Shown here: in pieces, positions 15,401 through 26,496 of the stretch
How the letters are laid out: the number at the start of each line of letters is the position of its first letter
How positions within the stretch are numbered: the stretch's first letter is position 1
Assembly (NCBI GenBank): GCA_964016885.1
Contig: OZ024755.1
Coordinates: forward strand, 5,890,001 to 5,954,000
DNA length: 64,000 nucleotides
Source: Eledone cirrhosa
Lineage: Eukaryota
Direction: 5' to 3'
The notes under the pieces: generated by a model
What the model was told of the DNA's origin: nothing
The model's input: only the letters and a program-made list of their open reading frames with translations
Databases searched by the model: none
Program-made: the position numbers and the translations under genes

Positions 15401-18400
15401 TTCGGTGCTTATCCCGGTTTCCATGGTGTGAAGTGACTGAGAGTACAAGACTTTTCCCCTGGACAGGACGCTAGTCCATCGCAGGGTTAAATCACAAAAC
15501 ATTGAAAGTAAAGGAATAACCTTTATGTTGAGCCATATCTTGGAACAAAGTTTCAGCAGCTTCTGAAGATGTCGCAACTGGTTTCTTCTCCAACCACGTC
15601 TTCCAGATGTGGAAAACAAAATGGACATGAGCCTTCTTTAAACTAAGGCTAAGTTGTGGAACTTCAACCATATATTCTATAGATGGTAAATAAGGGTTCT
15701 TCCTGAAAACACATGAAATTAGACAGGTCAATAAATCTCAAAGTGCACATTATATTCCTAGGAAGTCAATTTTTTAACCCTTTTGGTACGAAACAGCTTG
15801 AAATCTTTTATATATTTATCTAAAATCCTTCTATCATAATCTTATCTTGGTAACTTTGTTAAGTTATGTTCCAAACATCAGCTTAATAGTTGTTTCTAAT
15901 ATTGGCACAAGATCAAGAGAAAACCGATCATATCAACCCCAGTTAAAACACCAACTTAATAATGAGAAAGTTAGTTATAGTAATAAATTCCTCCAAATTC
16001 CTGATTACTTTAGAAATTATTTAAAACTCAAACATTGCCTTTCTTAAACCATAGACATGGCTTCAATGCTTACAACAGATTGGGCTTTGCTAGAGGTACT
16101 CAAGAGCTACGTGGGGGTGTTAAGCTGCAAGACAGATTAGGTCTGCTACTTGAGCAGGCCACAGCTAGGTTTGAACTCAGAACATGAAAAACCAGAACAA
16201 ATACCCCAAGACATCTTGTCTGATGCTTCAATAATTCTGCCAATCTATCACACTGGACTGGACTGATACTATATGTCAGGGGTCCCCAACCCCCGGCCCG
16301 CGAAGGGTTTCAATCTGGCCCGCGAGGGTTCTAAAAAGGGTACAGTTTGCAATAAATTTGCACCCGATCTATCGATATTGCTGAATAAAACAATGTTTAA
16401 ATGTATTTTTCTGCTTGGGACAGCTCTAAGTATCAATATTGAATTTCGTATCAAATCTAACATAAGGGATAAATAAATGATTACTTATTTGTATATAAGT
16501 AGTATTAATTGCACATCTGGCCCGTGGAGCCACCGCTGCATGGCTATCTGGCCCGCAGACCCAGAAGCCTGAGACGATGAATGACAATATTAACCCCAGT
16601 AAGATTTGAACACAGATTTCAGAGAGCTGGAACAAATTCAGCAAAGCATTTTGACCGAAAGTTTAACAACTCAAAGAGAAAGCAGAGAGAATTAATGATA
16701 AGAACAAACCAGTTTTCTGGGAAAAGCAGGGACTTCTTGTACATTGAACCACTACAAGGGGAGATAATTGTTTCAGTATGAGATGGTTTACCAGTCTTGT
16801 CCATGTTGAGAAGACCCACAGATAAACTGAACAACTAGAAAAAGGAACAAATATATATATTTTTTAAAATAAACATTTTAAAGAAAGTTTTCAGTAAATA
16901 CAACAACATGCATTTTAAGGCCATGTTCCCTGCTAAAGCAGAAGTTTACATCGCAGAGCTTATGATAGACTTCATATTAATCATGGTGTCCTTTTGGAGG
17001 TGATTATTTATAGTCGTTCGCGAGACCTACGTAGGGCTTCATACTCATCAATGAAGTCCTTTATGAGACAATATTTTACAGCAAGATGTTCTTCTAGGTG
17101 GAAACCATTTTAGTTGATTTTAACAGGTAGAAACACAGTAAATCTATTCTAAAACAGAATTACACATTTCATACAACTAACTAAATAACTACACATAAAA
17201 CTTGGAAATTGAGTGTTAGATGTTAGGAATAGAATAATAATAATAATAAGCTAATGATACTTACTCTTAGTTGCATATGTGTATAACAATTGTGCATCAG
17301 CTGGCTAGAAGGTCCAGCTAGTTTGCTGACCAGTCTAACAACATGTTGAGGATACATGGCTTGATAAAACTGCATCTCAAACCTTGAAGCAGACACCAGT
17401 ATAGCAGGCAGTGAACATGGAGGTGGTGACATCTCTATTGGTTGTTTTGAACTATTCTGAAATTCAGATTAGAAAATATATAAGATTATAATCTTTCAGA
17501 CTATTAACCCCATCTTTAAGCAATACAGCAGACCCCAAGCAACTGATTTGTATAGGGCAGTGGTTCCCAAAGTGGGTTCTGCAAATGAGTGTCTAGGGTT
17601 CTGTGAAAAAAGGTAGAGGAATATTCTTATATTATGACCAGATAAGAGGATTAGACTTTGGGGTGCCCCGAAAAGTTTCTGGACCAAAGAGGGTTCTGTG
17701 TTTGAAAAAGTTGGGGAAATTCTGGTTTAGGGTAAGGGAGAGCTTTCAAAATAAAAAAAAAACCCAAACACTAAAATCTCATGAAATGCTGCTTTTGAAA
17801 TCCGAAAATAATCAGCAGAAGATTTAAAAGCAATAAGATTATCTCCATCAGGGAAACAAGAAGGAGGAAGACAGTTCTATAAGGCGGGTGTCTAAGAAAA
17901 CCTGTAAACATATGATAAAAATGTTTATACTCACTCGGTTACTTCTTACTGTTCGACGCCTCCGTTTCTGGATATCTTTCTGGGGGTGCTCAGCTGCAAA
18001 AATGTATATCTTTGGCTCCAATATAGTTACATTGTAAGTTCTGATAGGTGTGTACTCCTCAAGGTGCTGTACTTGGTCCACAGTTGGTAAAGGACTATTG
18101 TCATTGAGCAATTCTGAATCATTGTGAGCAAAATAAACTTTAATCAATAAAAAAAATATAACTACAAACAGATTTTTTTAGCACATATAAAATATGATGG
18201 GATGGACTCTGTTAATTTTGATGATGAGCATGCAGTTGTTTGATTAAATGGACATCAGGCTCAAGAATTAATCTTTATGGACATTACCCTTCAACATCTG
18301 ATTAAACAGTAAAATATTAAAAAGTAAAATAACAGTAACTATGGTACCTGTTTTAGGAAGACTGTAGGGTTCATAATCATGATCTGTAGCACAATAAAAC

Positions 18401-19006
18401 AGCTTCTGTAGACGATGAACAAAAGAACTGGAGACATTGACAATAACAGAACCCAATACAAATGTCAGCAAGGCATTCTCCCGGATATTGGCTGCTATTT
18501 CTGCGCTGTTAGCCTCACTAGATGTTGAAGATTTGCTACCTGAAGTAATAGTGAAAGGAATTCAAAGTTTCGTAAAGTCTTTAACAATGACATCTCTATA
18601 TAAATATATATTAATTGTTTCTACTTTTGGCACAAAGCCAGCAATTACCCAGTGCATTACTGGTACTTTATTTTATCGACCCTGTAAGGATGAACTGCAA
18701 AGTTAACCTCGGCGGGATTTGAACTCAGAATGGCAAGGGCCGTAACTCTATGTGTCAAAGCATGGTCTCCGACTCTCTACCGATACTGCTAATATATATT
18801 AATGATGCTGTATATTCCATATAAAACACTGGCCGTGATATGGAAAGGGGATGGTAAGACTGTGTGAGAGAGAGAGAGAGAGTGCGGTGATGGTGGTGGG
18901 AACTTTTTAATGTAATGTAAGTCTTTATGGAAAGGGGATGGTAAGAATGTGAAGGAAAATGAAAGAGAGCTGTAACATGTCTTTATGGAAAAAGGGTGGT
19001 AAGAGT

Positions 19007-19039
<33 letters not shown>

Positions 19040-21899
19040 GCAGAGAGAGCTATAACACAGAGTGAGAGAGAGAGCTATAAGACCTTTGTTAAGTTATGTT
19101 CCAAACACCCTAGTTCTATAATAAAGGCTGTTTATTTTAAAGTGTTTATATTTATCTAAACACCTTCCAACATAATTTTACGTGAAAACCTTTGTTAAGT
19201 TAAGCTCTAAGCATCAGCTTAATAATGATAAAGTTAGTTCCATGACTAAATCCCATCAAATTCTGGATTATTTTGGAAAAAGCTTGAAAATCATAGACAA
19301 AGTATGACATCAGAAACATGGGTTAATCAGTGCTTTTGATGTAGTACCATTTTCTTGTCTAAATATGGTAAAGAAAGGTCCAAGCTACTAACCTGACTTT
19401 CGATCTGATTCTGCTACAGTATAAAGGTAATCAAACCAAAAGAGGCCAAACTTCTGCATTCCATACTGTTCTGTGTAGACTTCAACATGCTTATCAAAAT
19501 CAGTTATAAAGGTTGGTGTTTGTAGGACATTCTCAGCACAGGCGATATCAAACAAGGAATTGGTTAAATAACAAAGAGAGCTGTCACTATCAACATGTTC
19601 ACCTCCTTTTAGCAATGTTTGAGACTAGAAAAGATAATAATAATAATAATGATGATGATAATTTCTTTATTGGCGACTAGGGCCAACATATAGGGGACAA
19701 TACAAAAAGACAGGGACGCTGGGGGTTTACTATAAAATCAATTAAAAATAAAATTCCCCAATAGGAGGGAGAAGCACCCAGGGATGATGCAGGTACCTCA
19801 CCAATCCTAAATCACCCGATGATTTGAGGGCAGCCCAAGGCCAGTAATTAAGGGCAAGGGGAAAGTTGATTAAATCAACACCTGTGCGTGACTGGTGTTC
19901 TATTTTATTGACCCCGTAAGGATGAAAGGCAAAGCTAACTTCGGCGAGATTTGAACTCAGAACATAAAGGGCCGTAACTTTTTAGGTTCTGAGTTCAAAT
20001 CCCGCTGAGGTTAATAATAATAATAATAATCATGGTGGTGGTGAAGGTGGTAGCCTTGGTGGTCATGATGATGATGATGATGATGATAACAGAACAATAG
20101 ACACCCACCCACACATACTAGGAACGGCATCCATCTGTAGAAAACTTGCCATAAACAGTCCTATATGAGTAAGACATGGTCACCTGACCCAACTTATTTC
20201 AAATGGGACGACTCGTCTAACCCATGCTAGCGTGGAAAAGGGACGTAAACAATGATGATGATATATATTAAGTTGAATACTTACATTGATGTTTTCATTA
20301 CACACCAAAGTACAGACACATGAACCCTGACTTGTCATACAAATATTTGTTATACCACACTGAACATCCAGGTAGGAATGGCCATAGAGAACCACATTGA
20401 GAGCAAGGCCGCCTGCCTCCACAAAGATGAAAGGTCGAAACAAGACTCGACTTGGACCAAAGTGAGCTGCTTCTCGTACAGTTTCTGTCAGCTGAAAAAA
20501 TAGGAAACAACATCAAATGTCAGTCTCTTCTCTTTTGTACCTCATCTTCTTCCATCTGATTTTAAGCTGTTACTCCAAGACCAGATGCAGTAAGAGTTTA
20601 ATACCAGATGGTGTAACAGATTAAGACCAGATGGTGTAACAGATTAAGACCAGATGGTGGAACAGATTAAGACCAGATGGTGGAACAGATTAAGACCAGA
20701 TGGTGGAACAGATTAAGACCAGATGGTGGAACAGATTAAGACCAGATGGTGGAACAGATTAAGACCAGATGGTGGAACAGATTAAGACCAGATGGTGGAA
20801 CAGATTAAGACCAGATGGTGGAACAGATTAAGACCAGATGGTGGAACAGATTAAGACCAGATGGTGGAACAGATTAAGACCAGATGGTGGAACAGATTAA
20901 GACCAGATGGTGGAACAGATTAAGACCAGATGGTGGAACAGATTAAGACCAGATGGTGGAACAGTTTAAGACCAGATGGTGGAACAGATTAAGACCAGAT
21001 GGTGGAACAGATTAAGACCAGATGGTGGAACAGTTTAAGACCAGATGGTGAAACAGATTAAGACCAGATGGTGTAACAGATTAAGACCAGATGGTGTAAC
21101 AGTTTAAGACCAGATGGTGTAACAGTTTAAGACAAGATGGTGTAACAGTTTAAGACAAGATGAAGTAACAGACAGATATATAAATATATTTGTGAGTGAA
21201 GAATAATAATATTATAATAACAATATCAATATTCAGTTTGTTTGCAAGCAAACAACCTCATAAACACCATGTCTGTTTTCTAGATGACTGACATCATCCT
21301 TTTGTTCCAGTGGTAGCAAAGAGAAAACAATCAACAATTGTTTCGGACTTATAATTATTCACAAATACATTTAGGTATCCATTATGTTAGAGCCGAAAAC
21401 AAATTTTTTAATTTTTTATATATAAATAAATATACAACAAATACACGATTCATTATTATGATTGATTAAGCCAAGACATACCTTTAACATGACAGATGAG
21501 TATTTTATAAAAAATCCTATACATAATACAGCTGGAGATGGTTTCCTGCGAGGTCTGTTTAAGGAGTCTTCTTCCTCTTCTTCTTCTTCATAATCTTCCG
21601 GCAATATTTGCGGAACAAAGGACCATGCCCATGAAGCCCAGCCTTGGTCATCGTATTCTAAATTAGCAGATTCTTCCTGATTTTCTGCCGACACTAAATG
21701 GAAGAGAAATTCAACATTTTCAGAATAGTTAGTTTCTCCCAATTCTAATTACTATAACTTACCTTGATTACCTTTTGATTTCACAACGATGATGAATTCA
21801 CACATACATATTCACATATATATACAATATATAGACATACACATAGACACAGACCCATGCATACACACTCACACACACATATATATATTTATATATATA

Positions 21900-21964
<65 letters not shown>

Positions 21965-22512
21965 GACTCACATGAACCTAAACATTGAGTACTCACATGG
22001 GTGAACCTACAGTAACTGCATTACACTCCCTGAAAAAAGTGTTTTTTTTAGGCATCATATCATGTTACCTTATTTTATCTGATGAGAACGCAACTATCGT
22101 CCCAGGATGATATTTGTTTTTGAAATGCACATAATAAAATATATGGAACTTTTTTAACCATCTTTTAATTTCTTCTTATATATATATATATAGATATGTT
22201 TCTTTATTAGCCACAGGGGCACAAAAGAAGGGGACAAATACAAAGGGGGAAGTTTACATACAATAAAAACGTGTAAAATATTATCACAAATGCAATTTAA
22301 AAAATTAGTCGATTTTCCCCAATAGGGGGAGACAGTTCATATGGGTAACACATACCCCCGAAAAAATGTGCAACCCTCATCTCCAGGAGTACGAAGAATA
22401 TATATATATATATATAGAGATAAATAGATAGATATATGGGCCTGTACAGCCACAGTAGACACAAAATTATCCAGGTACAGATCAATGGTCTTTTGAGACC
22501 AATGTATGCCAA

Positions 22513-22551
<39 letters not shown>

Positions 22552-22630
22552 ATAAATTAACGGAGGCATAGGCCGTCGTTATTATTGATAACGCACTATA
22601 TATCTCTCTCTGGTGTGTTACCTTCTCAAC

Positions 22631-22664
<34 letters not shown>

Positions 22665-23890
22665 GACATGATTCCTACCTGTGGCTTGTACCAGTTATAG
22701 GAACCTGATTGATGATTGACATATTATTATTTTGGCTGTCAATACCAATCAGCAATAACTCTTAAGGACAATTTCCCATCTGTTACCACACATGGATGTG
22801 TCATCATTATCATCTGACTATGTTGACATGATTTAGATAGATTGTCATGGTTTCAAGACTCCCCAGACATATGTGTACCCTCATATATGAATTCTAGTAA
22901 GGAAGAACAGAAAGAAGAAGAAGAAGAAGAAGAAGAAGAAAGAGAGAAAGAAAGAAGACACTTGCCTGCTGACTGCCGAAAGACTTCTTGTGAGTCAGGT
23001 TCCACATTACTGTCACCGTCTTCATTGGGTAATGGTAAGGTTCCGTAGTAAAGTGCCAAACACAACTCAATAAGTCGGACAACGAGAGGTAGCTGAAGAT
23101 CTGTCAGAGACACATCAAATTTCTCACATAGGATGTTGACTTTGGTAATTAACGGCAGCTTGGAGTGATGGCTTTGGTAGGTGAGGTGCATACGACAGCT
23201 AAGGGAACAGCGGTAGAGAAGAGGCTCTTGGTAAATTTCAATCCGACCGCTGCTATCACATTTGTCTAAGCAGACAGTCAGGTCACAGAAATTGATCACT
23301 TTGCGTAAAATTAGTTCAGCTGGGGTGACCTCAACAAAGGCTCGGTTCCAACCAGGACTGACACTGTAACACTCAGCAGACTTGACATTTACAGATAAGA
23401 CAATGTCGTCTTCAACAAACTTCAGTATAAGATTGTTGACAATTATATTGACATTATTGATTACCTTGTTGACGAGACTTTGAAGGTATCCAGGTGGAAG
23501 CTCTTCTTCAACTGGTTGTTTCTTAGCCTTGATCTTTAAAGACTGAGGTGTAGAACGTGTAGAACTTTCTGACTTTGAACTCCTCTTGTCGCTATCTGAA
23601 TTGCTGTCTTTTAACCGAACAATACATTCAATAGTGTTGACTGTGATGACAACAGGTTCGGACCCAAGTCGTGTCCATGGCACATGAAGGTGAAGTTCAT
23701 GGATGTGTCCACTTTTGAAGCTGATAGGTAAATTGATAGCTTGTTCGAGGGCATCAAGTCGTAAATTAAGGTTGTTCAAAACAGCATCTCCACCCCACAG
23801 GGACAGCTGGAAATCTTCGGGACGTAGTTTCACGTACTTATCCACATAGCCCATCAAGAGTGGTGCTATATAGGATTCAATCTTGAACAT
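255..23890 (-). CDS. VPS13B: VPS13B (COH1) bridge-like lipid transfer protein, 5' part, 28 coding exons; gene continues beyond position 1
   Basis: N-terminus [21 protein letters not shown]...[18 protein letters not shown]...HVPWT is a Chorein_N domain of VPS13B type. Later motifs include [30 protein letters not shown] and DDLRTG. All 28 exons join with matching phases, totalling 7,217 nt. Confidence 0.95.
579..757 (-). CDS. VPS13B: VPS13B coding exon 27
   Basis: [21 protein letters not shown]; phase 1 to 0. Confidence 0.88.
1585..1720 (-). CDS. VPS13B: VPS13B coding exon 26
   Basis: tttttag|PLFTK...[11 protein letters not shown]..|gtgagt; phase 0 to 1. Confidence 0.85.
2205..2467 (-). CDS. 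VPS13B: VPS13B coding exon 25
   Basis: HSG...[11 protein letters not shown]; phase 1 to 0. Confidence 0.88.
3107..3274 (-). CDS. VPS13B: VPS13B coding exon 24
   Basis: ttacag|...QIVISVET...|gtaagt; phase 1 to 1. Confidence 0.82.
3789..3965 (-). CDS. VPS13B: VPS13B coding exon 23
   Basis: tttcag|...IERPLKLN...|gtactt; phase 1 to 1. Confidence 0.82.
4511..4651 (-). CDS. VPS13B: VPS13B coding exon 22
   Basis: [16 protein letters not shown]; phase 1 to 1. Confidence 0.88.
5081..5852 (-). CDS. VPS13B: VPS13B coding exon 21
   Basis: [33 protein letters not shown]; phase 0 to 1. Confidence 0.92.
6106..6220 (-). CDS. VPS13B: VPS13B coding exon 20
   Basis: taccag|...[21 protein letters not shown]...|gtgaga; phase 2 to 0. 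Confidence 0.85.
6273..6424. mobile_element. Tc1/pogo (Tigger)-type MITE
   Basis: TA|CAGTGAAATTCTGTTATAACGAA ... TTCATTATAACAGAATTTTACCTG|TA. Confidence 0.75.
6618..6732 (-). CDS. VPS13B: VPS13B coding exon 19
   Basis: cataaag|GRWQDF...VQIPALEWN...|gtaagt; phase 1 to 2. Confidence 0.85.
7211..8022 (-). CDS. VPS13B: VPS13B coding exon 18
   Basis: [30 protein letters not shown]; phase 2 to 1. Confidence 0.92.
8658..8772 (-). CDS. VPS13B: VPS13B coding exon 17
   Basis: ttccag|...[12 protein letters not shown]...|gttagt; phase 1 to 2. Confidence 0.85.
9584..9983 (-). CDS. VPS13B: VPS13B coding exon 16
   Basis: tttcag|IQL...[11 protein letters not shown]...|gtaaga; phase 0 to 1. Confidence 0.88.
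10804..11021 (-). CDS. VPS13B: VPS13B coding exon 15
   Basis: ttgtag|GDKLPWT...CLHLDM...RQ|gtaaga; phase 1 to 0. Confidence 0.88.
11152..11374 (-). CDS. VPS13B: VPS13B coding exon 14
   Basis: taacag|[11 protein letters not shown]...DILVVCLP...QDIP...|gtatgt; phase 0 to 1. Confidence 0.85.
12180..12382 (-). CDS. VPS13B: VPS13B coding exon 13
   Basis: ttttag|...[11 protein letters not shown]|gtaaga; phase 1 to 0. Confidence 0.8.
12635..12838 (-). CDS. VPS13B: VPS13B coding exon 12
   Basis: tttccag|...[13 protein letters not shown]...|gtaaac; phase 1 to 1. Confidence 0.85.
13322..13495 (-). CDS. VPS13B: VPS13B coding exon 11 (5' boundary uncertain)
   Basis: Encodes [10 protein letters not shown]...WLSFTVQLP; donor GAAG|gtagag. 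The only phase-compatible AG is gtggag| (exon start 13495); an alternative TG| gives start 13501. Confidence 0.72.
14535..14681 (-). CDS. VPS13B: VPS13B coding exon 10
   Basis: ttacag|...LPLFELTLG...|gtaagt; phase 1 to 1. Confidence 0.8.
15521..15702 (-). CDS. VPS13B: VPS13B coding exon 9
   Basis: tttcag|[11 protein letters not shown]...|gttatt; phase 2 to 1. Confidence 0.8.
16277..16565. mobile_element. hAT-Charlie-like non-autonomous element
   Basis: CAGGGGTCCCCAAC end and repeated GGCCCGC subterminal motifs; right end truncated. Confidence 0.6.
16710..16834 (-). CDS. VPS13B: VPS13B coding exon 8
   Basis: tttctag|LFSLSVGL...LLFPEN TG|gtttgt; phase 0 to 2. Confidence 0.8.
17265..17456 (-). 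CDS. VPS13B: VPS13B coding exon 7
   Basis: tttcag|...MYPQH...LMHNCYTH...|gtaagt; phase 0 to 0. Confidence 0.85.
17558..17724. mobile_element. hAT-like MITE
   Basis: CAGTGGTTCCCAAAGT ... AAGTTGGGGAAATTCTG imperfect TIRs. Confidence 0.55.
17935..18113 (-). CDS. VPS13B: VPS13B coding exon 6
   Basis: attcag|...LEEYTPIRT...AAEH...|gtgagt; phase 1 to 0. Confidence 0.85.
18348..18539 (-). CDS. VPS13B: VPS13B coding exon 5
   Basis: cttcag|...[21 protein letters not shown]...|gtacca; phase 1 to 1. Confidence 0.85.
19393..19624 (-). CDS. VPS13B: VPS13B coding exon 4
   Basis: tttctag|SQTLLKGG...[11 protein letters not shown]...|gttagt; phase 0 to 1. Confidence 0.88.
20285..20491 (-). CDS. VPS13B: VPS13B coding exon 3
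   Basis: ttttcag|LTETVRE...NENIN|gtaagt; phase 0 to 0. Confidence 0.85.
20604..21171. repeat. 23-bp minisatellite (ccagatggtggaacagattaaga), about 25 copies
   Basis: Direct tandem units with no unique spacers. Confidence 0.95.
21482..21693 (-). CDS. VPS13B: VPS13B coding exon 2
   Basis: ccatttag|TG ... AAG|gtatgt; encodes [11 protein letters not shown]; phase 1 to 0. Confidence 0.9.
22071..22141 (+). ncRNA. Type I hammerhead ribozyme-like motif
   Basis: Stem I TATTTTAT/ATAAAATA, core CTGATGA, long stem II, GAAA, stem III ATG-ca-CAT, AUA cleavage triplet. Confidence 0.65.
22966..23890 (-). CDS. VPS13B: VPS13B coding exon 1 (Chorein_N)
   Basis: ATG at 23890. Acceptor ttttttcag just above 23921 leaves 31 nt of UTR. 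Ends at GC donor CAG|GCAAGT, phase 1. Confidence 0.95.
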
Positions 23891-23937
23891 ACTGACTCAC
23901 TCTAAGAATACATAGGTAATACTGAAAAAATAAACAC

Positions 23938-24690
23938 AAAAGTAGTTAACTTACTAGTATTTTAAAGTATTTAACTTACTAGTATTTAAATGTAAAGTTA
24001 CTAGTATTTAAAAGTAGTTAAGTTGGTAATATTTAAAAGTAATTAAGTTGCTTGTATTTAAAAGTAATTAAGTTGCTTGTATTTAAAAGTAATTAAGTTG
24101 CTTGTATTTAAAAGTAGTTAAGTTGCTAGTATTTAAAAGTAATTAAGTTGCTTGTATTTAAAAGTAATTAAGTTGCTAGTATTTAAAAGTAGTTAAGTTG
24201 CTAGTATTTAAAAGTAGTTAAGTTACTAGTATTTAAAAGTAATTAAGTCGCTTGTATTTAAAAGTAATTAAGTTGCTAGTATTTAAAAGTAATTAAGTTG
24301 CTTGTATTTAAAAGTAATTAAGTTGCTTGTATTTAAAAGTAGTTAAGTTGCTAGTATTTAAAAGTAATTAAGTTGCTTGTATTTAAAAGTAATTAAGTTG
24401 CTAGTATTTAAAAGTAGTTAAGTTACTAGTATTTAAAAGTAGTTAAGTTGCTAGTATTTAAAAGTAATTAAGTTGCTTGTATTTAAAAGTAGTTAAGTTA
24501 CTAGTATTTAAAAGTAGTTAAGTTGCTAGTATTTAAAAGTAGTTAAGTTGCTTGTATTTAAAAGTAGTTAAGTTGCTAGTATTTAAAAGTAATTAAGTTG
24601 CTTGTATTTAAAAGTAGTTAAGTTACTAGTATTTAAAAGTAGTTAAGTTGCTAGTATTTAAATGTAAAGTTACTAGTATTTAATAGTAAT
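23938..24690. repeat. 25-bp minisatellite (aaaagtaattaagttgcttgtattt), about 30 copies
   Basis: Direct tandem units with a few recurring variants. Confidence 0.95.
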
Positions 24691-25074
24691 CATCATCATT
24701 GTTTTTACATACGTTTCTTGCCAAATTCAACTTCACCTTTCGTCCTTCTAGGGTCAATAAAATATAGTACCAGTGATGTGCTGGGCTTAATGTAATTGAT
24801 GTACCCTGCCCAATAATTGTTGGCTTTGTGCCTAATTTAGAAATTCTCCTCAGTGTGCATTAGCAGGATCGGTGGAGCATCAGAAAAAACATGCTTTTAC
24901 GTTCTGAGTTCAAATTCTGCCGAGGTTAGCTTAGCCTTTCAATAATACAGGGGGGATAAAACAAAGTACCAGTAACACACTGGGGTTGGTTTATTTGACT
25001 TTACCCTTCCCTTTAAATGTCTTGCTACCATACAACATCAAACTTTGTAATATATATATATATATATATATCAT

Positions 25075-25765
25075 CATCATCATCTTCATCACCATTTTAC
25101 GTCCGTTCTTCCACGCTAGCATGGGTTAGACGGGTTGTCCTGTTGTGGGCAGTGTCTGGTCGGCTGACCATGCCTTGCTCATACAGGAACTGATTTTGGC
25201 TTGATTTCTACAGCTGGATGCCCTTCCTAATACCAACCTCATTTACAGTGAGTGCTGGGTGCTTTTTTCCGTGGCACCTCCACGACCACCATGCAGTGGG
25301 AGGGTGTGGGGGGCATATTGTCTATATGCTTCAGCTTGTACCCATGGGAGGTTGGGTACTCTGTATTACTGCGTGACGCCAGAGGTCACGGTCGTGTGTC
25401 ATCGCCTTTATATATATATATCATCATCATCATCATCATCATTATACGTACACTTTTCCCTGCTTGCAAGGGTGGGATGGGAACTGATTCTGGCTTGATT
25501 TCTACAGCTGGATGCCCTTCCTAACACCAACCTCATTTACAGTGAGTGCTGGGTGCTTTTTTTGCTGTGGCGCCTACACGTCCACTTTACAGTGGAATTA
25601 TAGGGACCTCAGTCCCTATCATCTCATTTCTACAGCTGAGTAAACTGGAGCAATGTGAAATAAAGTGTCTTGCTCAAGGAAACAACACATCACCCGGTCT
25701 GAGAATTGAACTCACAACCTTTCGATTGCAAGGCCAATGCTCTAACCACTAAGCCATGTGCCTCC
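25075..25765 (-). mobile_element. Cluster of SINE-like repeats with a ggaagggcatccagctgtagaaa domain and (CAT)n tails
   Basis: The same module recurs near 3505-3680, 14155-14330, 27110-27385, 33335-33495 and 46640-46815. Confidence 0.75.
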
Positions 25766-26496
25766 ATTATCATTGTATATATATATACTAGCATCAAATA
25801 ATCTAGTTTTGGACTTTTCCCCTGCAGTTCTTATTTGGTAACTATGCTATCAGAACAACTCAACTCTATTAGTAATTAGGTCACCAAGGTAACAAAAGCT
25901 GTCAAATACCAGAGAGCCTTCAGGGTATTTCAATGAATCTACTTCACATGTACATATACTTTTATAAATGTTATCATCACTCTCTTCTGTGAAGGGTCGT
26001 TGTAGTAACGTTACTCAAACGAGTGCGTAGCTTGGAAATGAGAGGGTCACTCCAGGTAGAGCACCAACTTCTACGAACATAGGGACTTTAAGACCTTGTT
26101 AACTTCCGTGTAGATCTTTCAGTCAGTGGGGAATTTTCAGTCCTTGCTAACTTTAGTGGTGAATTTTCAATCATTGTTAACCTCAATGGGGAACTTTAAT
26201 GTGACAACGTCCCCCACTGAAGTTGACAAGAACTATGTCTCTTTATAAAACATTGGATTATTAAAACATATAAAACACACACATATCTGTATCTATCCTT
26301 TACGATCCTGCCTCTAATTGTGTACTCCTGAAGAAGGGCAAAAGCCCAACATGTTGAACTTTCTTTCCCATTTTCCATATAAAGCGTGAAAACTAATAAA
26401 ACTTGTTGTACCTCTGTTTTGTCGTTTCCTTGAACTATATATATATATATATATATATATGAGAATAAACGTGCTGCGTGGTTGCTAATGGGTTAC

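Noticed and set aside
20604-21171. 23-bp repeat array as a CRISPR array
   Set aside because: The units are contiguous with no unique spacers, and they lie in a eukaryotic intron.
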